Below are positions 57,809 through 64,000 of a stretch of 64,000 nt of DNA, piece by piece. The notes under the pieces are model-generated. The model saw nothing but the letters and a program-made list of their open reading frames with translations, ran no database searches and was not told the DNA's origin. The DNA comes from Candidatus Marinacidobacterales bacterium. Lineage in GTDB: Bacteria; Acidobacteriota; Vicinamibacteria; Marinacidobacterales; DATDRI01. Numbering within the stretch: the stretch's first letter is position 1; the number at the start of each line of letters is the position of its first letter. The DNA lies in the NCBI GenBank assembly GCA_965226495.1, contig OZ245365.1:1120001-1184000 (forward strand). Reading direction: 5' to 3'. The position numbers and the translations under genes are program-made.

Positions 57809-59556
57809 TCAGGCAGGCAGGCCGACGCGCCGCATCAGATCTTGAAAGCGCGGATCTGCGCGCAACATGCGTAGCTCAGCAACCTTGAGGTAGACCAGAG
57901 CGCCATCGCGCTCCCGATAAGCCTTTTCCAACCACGTGAAGCACCGATCCGTATCTCCCAGGGCCAAATGGATCATGGCGATCTCAGCTGCTGGCCGAGT
58001 GAGCTTCTCCAGAATCTCCCGCGCCTCTTTCTTTCTTTCTTTCTTTCTTTCTTCCTTCCTACTCGCGCATAATAATATCCGAGCGTCCCGATGAGGGGGC
58101 CGCGACGCCCTGCTAGATCGATCGCTTTTTCGAGCTGCGCGATGGCCTCATCGAGTCGCGACTGCTCCAGATAAGTTATGCTCAGACCAAAGTGTGCCTC
58201 GCCGAAGTTCGGATCCAGCTCCAACGTCCTTCGATACTGTTGGATGGCTTGCTCGTACTGACCCGCGAAGTGCAACAGCCGTGCGAGAGCGGCGTTGATA
58301 ATGAGTGACAGGGGATCGAGCTCCTGAGCACGATTGATCGTCGCCAACGCCTCTTCGTGACGCCCCATGGCACCCAAGTAAATCGCATACCAATGGTGGG
58401 TGGTGGCATGGTTGACGTTCAACTTTAGGGCACGCCGAAATGAGCGCTCAGCGCCGCTCCAGTCCCAATCGTATCGGAACTTTATGAATGCGAGCGATGT
58501 GTGCGGCTCGGGCAACTTTGGGTCTATTCGCAACGCCTCCAACGCCGCGGCCCGCGCTTTGCCCACCGCCTCCCGCGGTGTCAGGCGGCCGTACCCTGCC
58601 GAACCGGCCAGGGTGTAAGAATCGGCCAGGCCTGCGTATGCTTGGGCGCAGCTCGGATCTTTTTCGATTGCCTGCTGATAACATTCAATAGCCTTCTGAA
58701 TGCCTTCTTCCGTCCTTTTGTTCCAGTGGTAGCGTCCCTCCAGGTAGAGCCGGTACGCGTCCGTATTTTCCGCTTGTCGTTTGGCAAGCTTCCTTTTCTG
58801 CGCCCCACTCAACTTAAACGACAGCCGCCCGGCGATCTCCTTGGAGATTTCCGCTTGCACTGCAAGGATGTCGGAGAGCGGCCGATCGTATTGCTCCCCC
58901 CAAAGCTGCCACCCGGTGGTGGCGTCCACTAACTCCACACCCACGATCAGAGTTTGCCCGTGTTGAACGACTCGCCCCACCAGTACCGCGCGGACATTCA
59001 ACTCCATCCCGACTGTTTGGGGATCCGTTTCTCGTCCTTTGAAGCGAAACACCGTGCTGCGCGCCATAACGCGCAGCCCGGGCAGTTGTGAGAGGTTGTT
59101 GATCAGGCTCTCGGTGATACCGTCGCTCAGGTATTCCGTTTTGGGGTCCCCACCGACATTGCCAAAAGGCAATACCGCAAGAGAATCAATGGTTTTAGCC
59201 ATTGGGTGTGTACGCGATGCTGTCCCTCGTACCTCGGTCACTTCGGCAACGAAGCTGTAACCACGCCCAGGCACAGTCGCCACGTACCGGTGCTCGGCAG
59301 GGCGTTCGCCCAACGCCTTCCTCAGCGAGGAGATGTTGCGCGTCAGGTTATTCTCCTCCACGACCGTGTCGTGCCAGACCGCTTTCATGAGGTCATCTTT
59401 TTCCAAAACCTGGCCGCGGCACTCGATAAGGGCGAACAGGATTCCAAAGGCTTTCGGGGTGAGCGGCACAACCTCACCATCACGTAGCAACAGGCGCTTG
59501 AGTGGGTCTACGCGAAACCGCTCGAACTCGTAGAAACGAACACCTGGCTTGGGCAC
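57809..59556 (-). pseudogene. OmpR/CadC-type wHTH + TolB-N-like + TPR regulator, frameshifted at an (AAAG)6 tract
   Basis: [39 protein letters not shown]; [18 protein letters not shown]; TPRs. The C-terminus EAREIL...DPRFQDLMRRVGL lies in another frame. Confidence 0.85.
58027..58050. repeat. Simple sequence repeat (CTTT)6
   Basis: Six perfect tetranucleotide units inside the CDS. Confidence 0.95.
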
Positions 59557-59564
59557 TGGTTGCC

Positions 59565-59594
59565 TTCAGGAATTTTCAGGAATTTTCACATTTC
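59565..59594. promoter_or_regulatory. 10-bp-period direct repeats (TTCAGGAATT x2 + TTCACATTTC); candidate wHTH operator
   Basis: Located in the divergent intergenic region next to the wHTH-TPR gene. Confidence 0.55.
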
Positions 59595-59694
59595 TCTCAA
59601 CGACTTGTCAATCGAGTACCGGTACTGTGTAGCTCGCAAGACTCCCGGAGGCACCTGTTGCCACAGGAAACAGTTCTTCGGTTGGGAGGATGTT

Positions 59695-61095
59695 ATGAAA
59701 GAACTACGAGCGACCTCGAGCAACGGTGCGGTCACAGTCATAACAGAACAGGTCATTGAGCAATTCAGGGCGACGCTGCGTGGCCCGTTGCTGCTGCCCG
59801 ATGACGAGAGCTACGACACCGCCCGTACAGTTTGGAATGCAATGGTCGACAAGCGGCCGGCCTTGATTGCGCGCTGCGCAGGAACGGCGGATGTCATCCA
59901 GTGCGTGCGGTTTGCGCGCGAGCATGACCTGCTCGTCTCCGTACGCGGCGGCGGGCACAACTATGCCGGCATGGCCGTTTGCGATGATGGGCTGATGATC
60001 GACTTGTCGCCGATGAAGGGCATCCGCGTCGATCCCGCCCGGCAGACAGCGCGGGCTCAGCCGGGACTGAGGCTGGGCGAATTTGATATCGAGACGCAAG
60101 CATTCGGCCTGGCCACCACGCTCGGGGTAAATACCGACACCGGGATTGCGGGCCTGACCCTGGGCGGCGGCAATGGCTGGCTAGGGGGCAAATATGGGCT
60201 CGCCTGCGACAACCTGCTGTCGGTGGACGTTGTCACGGCCGATGGCGAGCTGGTGACCGCGAGCGAGAGCGAGCATGAAGATTTGTTCTGGGGCGTGCGG
60301 GGCGCGGGGGCCAATTTTGGGATTGTCACGTCGTTCGAGTACCGCCTGCATCCGGTAGGCCCGGTGCTGGGGGGCATGGTGCTTTACCCGATGAGTAAGG
60401 CTAAAGAAGCGCTTCGGTTCTTTAGCGAGTTCTCGAGCACATGCCCCGATGAGGCGAGCACAGTTGGACTACTGATGACGGCTCCGGACGGCAACCTGGC
60501 CGTGGGGATTGCTGCTTGCTACTGCGGGCCTACTGATCAAGGAGAGAAAATCCTGAAGCCGCTCAGAACGTTTTCTTCGCCGCTGGCAGACCTCATCGCG
60601 GCACGGCCCTACGTGGAGATGCAGAGCTTGTTCGATGAAGCCTGGGCACCCGGACGATTTTATTACCACAAAGCGAACAACATTCGCGCATTGAGCGACG
60701 CCGCGATTGAAACCCTTGTGGCATACGCCGAGACCATGCCCACCGCCCTATCGTCCATCTACTTCCAGCAGTTTCATGGCGCTGCCAGCCGCCTCGCCGC
60801 GAGCGACAGTGCGTTCCCGCATCGCTACGATCACTTCCTATTTGGCCCCCACCCAGCAACGGAGAACCCAGACGATTCCGAGAAGATGATCCGCTGGGCG
60901 CGGGAATGCTGGCAGGCGATGCAGCCGTTCGTCGAGGCGCTGGATGTGAACGCGCTGGAGGACGTTCTGGAGGAGGGTGAACAACGGGTGCGGGAGGCCT
61001 ACGGTCCCAACTACGAACGGTTGCTCGCCTTGAAGAACACGTACGATCCGACGAACTTCTTCCGCCTGAACGCGAACATCAAAACGACCGTGTAG
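59695..61095 (+). CDS. FAD-binding oxidoreductase (berberine bridge enzyme/GlcD-like)
   Basis: VRGGGHNYAG, TGIAGLTLGGG.GWL, DLFWGVRG.GANFGIVT, YDPTNFFRLNANI; GGGAGGA RBS. Confidence 0.93.
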   Translation: MKELRATSSNGAVTVITEQVIEQFRATLRGPLLLPDDESYDTARTVWNAMVDKRPALIARCAGTADVIQCVRFAREHDLLVSVRGGGHNYAGMAVCDDGLMIDLSPMKGIRVDPARQTARAQPGLRLGEFDIETQAFGLATTLGVNTDTGIAGLTLGGGNGWLGGKYGLACDNLLSVDVVTADGELVTASESEHEDLFWGVRGAGANFGIVTSFEYRLHPVGPVLGGMVLYPMSKAKEALRFFSEFSSTCPDEASTVGLLMTAPDGNLAVGIAACYCGPTDQGEKILKPLRTFSSPLADLIAARPYVEMQSLFDEAWAPGRFYYHKANNIRALSDAAIETLVAYAETMPTALSSIYFQQFHGAASRLAASDSAFPHRYDHFLFGPHPATENPDDSEKMIRWARECWQAMQPFVEALDVNALEDVLEEGEQRVREAYGPNYERLLALKNTYDPTNFFRLNANIKTTV

Positions 61096-61153
61096 CGGGA
61101 CGATTCTACGAACCGTCACGCCAAGTTCCGCACACGGTTCCCCGGTTAATCAA

Positions 61154-61726
61154 TTAGGCGTCGACCGAGAAGATCGTCTTGCACTTGGGGCAGCGGATCT
61201 TCTTCCCGCCGGTGAAGCTGGGGATGCGAAGCTCGAGCTTGCACTTGGGGCAGGTGATGTGCACTTTTTTCGCTGCCTTGGACCCCGCCCCGGCGAGGAG
61301 TCCTTGTTTGAGGTCCTGTTCGACCGCGGGGAAGTTCTCGTCGGTCCATGGGTTCTTTTGTTTCCAGCGGGTGAGAAAAGTCCCGTTCCGGATTGCGAAA
61401 TCGATCGGTAGATAAAGCTTCTGCTGGGTCTCGGCGATCACCCGGTTCATCTCGGGATACTCCCGCGAAACCACCGTAAGCGCGAGTAGATCCGTGGCTT
61501 GTTCGTCATCTAGAATCGAGCACGGGGCAGTCTGCAAACAGAGCTCTTGTTTCTCCAGGTGGCCCCATTTCGTTCGCGACGAGAGGGCCCAGGCGAGCCA
61601 AGCGTTGGGGTCACGCTCTGGGTACTGGACGCGTATTCGCTTCGTGGTCGACAACAGCGCCTCGGCCGCCGACTTTAGCGCTTCCTCGTTTTCCCAGAGG
61701 GAGCGGACTTTGGTCCAGATACCCAT
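61154..61726 (-). CDS. Hypothetical protein with C-terminal Cys4 zinc ribbon
   Basis: CPKC...CPKC; GGAGG RBS. Confidence 0.7.
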   Translation of the reverse strand: MGIWTKVRSLWENEEALKSAAEALLSTTKRIRVQYPERDPNAWLAWALSSRTKWGHLEKQELCLQTAPCSILDDEQATDLLALTVVSREYPEMNRVIAETQQKLYLPIDFAIRNGTFLTRWKQKNPWTDENFPAVEQDLKQGLLAGAGSKAAKKVHITCPKCKLELRIPSFTGGKKIRCPKCKTIFSVDA

Positions 61727-61743
61727 GGAGCCGCCTCCGTAGG

Positions 61744-61779
61744 CCCCTCACCCTACCCTCTCCCCAGGGGGAGAGGGTA
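61744..61779. repeat. Short REP-like palindrome related to the family A core
   Basis: CCCCTCACCCTACCCTCTCCCC-AG-GGGGAGAGGGTA. Confidence 0.75.
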
Positions 61780-61920
61780 TAAGGGAAGGAAGCCAACTAT
61801 TTTTCCTGGAACTAATAACAATAATAATGGGCATTCTCCGAGTTGGCAATCTCCAATCTGAGTACTGTTTGCTCCCGCTATTGTGCTAGCCTACGGCACG
61901 GGTTCGGAGGGAGGGTCTTT

Positions 61921-63285
61921 ATGCTGAAGAAACTGCTGATCGTCGTCGTCGTCCTGCTAGCGATTGTCCTTTTCCTGGCCGCCCGCGATTGGGACTCGCC
62001 GGGGCTCGGGCAGGCGCTTCTCGACAAGGCCGGCGAGCGGACGGGGATCCAAATGACCGCCACCGGGTTCCGATTCAATTTGCTTAAGGGAGTAGAACTT
62101 TCAGGTGTCCAGGCCTCGCAAAAGGATGAGGGGCGGGAGTTCAGCTTTACCCTCGACCGCCTCATCTTCGAGCATCGCCTGCTGCCGCTTCTTTCGGGCA
62201 CCGTGGCCATCGACCGCATCGTCTTCGAGCGACCTCAGTTCGAGCTGGTGGAGTCGGCAGACAAGCCTGCGGGGAAGGAAGAGCCGAAAAAAACCAAAGA
62301 GAAGGAGCCCCGCGAAGAGGGGACTCCGACCGTTACCGATGATGGCGACGGCTTTGCGCTCGATGTGCAGCAAATCGTGATCCACGACGGCACGTTCGTA
62401 ATGAAGAAAACGGGCCAGGACGGAGAAACGCGCATCGAAGAACTAGACTTCGAGATGCAGAAGTTGAAGTTCGATCCCACTGCCGGATCGCTTGCCGCAC
62501 TCTCCGCAGATGGCGAGCTGTCGATAGGCCAGATTCTGCTCGACACGTCCACCATTACCGCCGTCGAAAGCCAATTCACCTTGACGAGCGCTGTTTTCGA
62601 TCTGGTCTCGCTAACGTTCACGACTCCACACGGCAAGTTCGCAGGCGAGATGCAGGTCGACTTCAATCCGGTGCCCCACGCTTATAAGTTGAACGCTCAG
62701 GCCGATCCGCTCGATCTCAACAGCATGGTTGGAGCGAGCGACGGGTTCGGTCCGGGCAGCGTCAAACTCGAAGCAGAAGGCGTCGGCTCGGACACCAAGG
62801 ATGTGAAAGCCTCCGGCAATGTGCTTCTGGCTGCCGGCGAGTTTCCGGCCGCCGAGATGTTCACCGGCGTGGACAAGGCTTTGGGGAAGACGGTTTTGGT
62901 CGGGGCGCAATACCAAGCCACGGAAGCGCAGTTTCGACTCGAGAACAACGTGGTGAAGCTTTCACCGTTTCAATTCACGAGCGAGATCGCAAGGTTGGAT
63001 CTCGAGGGTTGGGTAAACCTCACGGGTCCGATCGAACTCGGTTTCGTCGTCGCCACACCGCGCGAGGGGATTGCGATCGAGGGAGTTGGGTCGGACGTTT
63101 TGGACCTTCTCTCAGACGACGAAGGGTGGGTTCCGGTTCCCATGAGCGTGACCGGGACGCTCGAAGACCCCAAGGTGCGTCCCGATTCCAAGGCTTTATT
63201 GGCGCAGGCCGGCCAGGGGTTGAAACGCGAAGCCACCGAAGCCGCCACCGACGCACTTCGCGGCCTCCTTCGCAAGAAAAACTGA
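61921..63285 (+). CDS. AsmA-like protein
   Basis: N-terminal TM; LLPLLSGTVAIDRIVFERPQFEL; C-terminal VPMSVTGTLEDPKVRPD. Confidence 0.8.
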   Translation: MLKKLLIVVVVLLAIVLFLAARDWDSPGLGQALLDKAGERTGIQMTATGFRFNLLKGVELSGVQASQKDEGREFSFTLDRLIFEHRLLPLLSGTVAIDRIVFERPQFELVESADKPAGKEEPKKTKEKEPREEGTPTVTDDGDGFALDVQQIVIHDGTFVMKKTGQDGETRIEELDFEMQKLKFDPTAGSLAALSADGELSIGQILLDTSTITAVESQFTLTSAVFDLVSLTFTTPHGKFAGEMQVDFNPVPHAYKLNAQADPLDLNSMVGASDGFGPGSVKLEAEGVGSDTKDVKASGNVLLAAGEFPAAEMFTGVDKALGKTVLVGAQYQATEAQFRLENNVVKLSPFQFTSEIARLDLEGWVNLTGPIELGFVVATPREGIAIEGVGSDVLDLLSDDEGWVPVPMSVTGTLEDPKVRPDSKALLAQAGQGLKREATEAATDALRGLLRKKN

Positions 63286-63292
63286 GGTTCGC

Positions 63293-64000
63293 TTACGGAA
63301 GCCTTCGCCTTAACGCCGCGGCCTCGGCCATGGATTGATCGATATGATCTAGCAGCCGGTTGAGCTCGTGATTCAAATAGGTTCTGGTAAATCCGTCAAG
63401 ATCGCTCGTGGGATCGAGATCCCCAATGGACTCGAGTGCGGCAAGTCCAGGCAGAGTCGGAATAGATACAGCCGGATCCTGATGATAAGGACCTCGCTCT
63501 TGATAGCGCACCCGGATGAGGGGGCGCACGATGCGAACCAAGGACCGTGCAACCTCGGGCTGAGGAATGCTCGGTGCCTTCGAGCGAAGGTTCCGCTGCA
63601 GTAACAGCAGGAGCTCGTGTAGTTCTTCGTTGCGCTCCAAGGCGCGACTCAAGTCCAAGTGATCGCCGGCGAGCCGTTGTCTTTCCTCGAGGAGGGCTCG
63701 CAGCTCTCGCGTGACGGCGGGTAGGTCGATGGGGGGAGTTGGCGAGCTCATCAGGCGCCAAAGCGCCGATGCGTAGACGCGGCTCGCTTCGGTCAAGACC
63801 TCGAAGTCGACCTTGTCGATCGTATCCTCCGGCGTGTGCCACCACCAATACCCCGCGCCTCCCTCGCTGCGCCGTTGATGAAACTGCAGAAGCGGAAGCC
63901 CCACTGCATAAAAACTTTGGTCCGAGTTCCGAGCGGGCCGGTCCGGTTCCAGCTCAACGTTCGCCACATCTTCGAGGACGGCTCGAGCCAGCCGGTCCAT
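63293..64000 (-). CDS. M28-family peptidase, C-terminal part (runs off the window)
   Basis: NSDQSFYAVGLP, WWWHTPEDTIDKVD. Confidence 0.75.
   Translation of the reverse strand: MDRLARAVLEDVANVELEPDRPARNSDQSFYAVGLPLLQFHQRRSEGGAGYWWWHTPEDTIDKVDFEVLTEASRVYASALWRLMSSPTPPIDLPAVTRELRALLEERQRLAGDHLDLSRALERNEELHELLLLLQRNLRSKAPSIPQPEVARSLVRIVRPLIRVRYQERGPYHQDPAVSIPTLPGLAALESIGDLDPTSDLDGFTRTYLNHELNRLLDHIDQSMAEAAALRRRLP

Noticed and set aside
1110-63848. Numerous 60-340 aa antisense or alternate-frame ORFs
   Set aside because: These are shadow ORFs expected in GC-rich DNA; they overlap well-supported genes and lack motifs.

Overview
GC-rich bacterial chromosomal window of about 58 genes, with no rRNA, tRNA or CRISPR array seen. 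The gene content (Ser/Thr kinase-PD40 propeller, wHTH-TolB-TPR regulator, DUF5916 protein, DUF222-HNH, many sulfatase-like proteins) resembles Acidobacteriota/Vicinamibacteria; this taxonomy is inference only. Main observations: (1) A locus at 174-6183 has a P-loop sulfotransferase divergent from an operon of two paralogous alkaline-phosphatase-superfamily enzymes with opposite predicted topology, a 64-aa protein carrying a stand-alone 'RLxxLGY' tail, and a DUF106/EMC3-like (Oxa1 superfamily) membrane protein. This is the best candidate for an undescribed system. (2) A selenoprotein split by the ORF track: AhpC/TSA UxxC domain fused to a DsbD-N-like domain, with a SECIS-like hairpin. (3) An intact IS30 element with a 3-bp target duplication that interrupts a sulfatase-like lipoprotein. 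(4) A DUF222-HNH gene sharing a palindrome with its structured leader. (5) Two families of long intergenic palindromic repeats. (6) An (AAAG)6 tract that frameshifts a regulator. (7) About a dozen broken genes, reflecting either genome erosion or assembly error. All product calls come from motif recognition in the translations; no database search was run.
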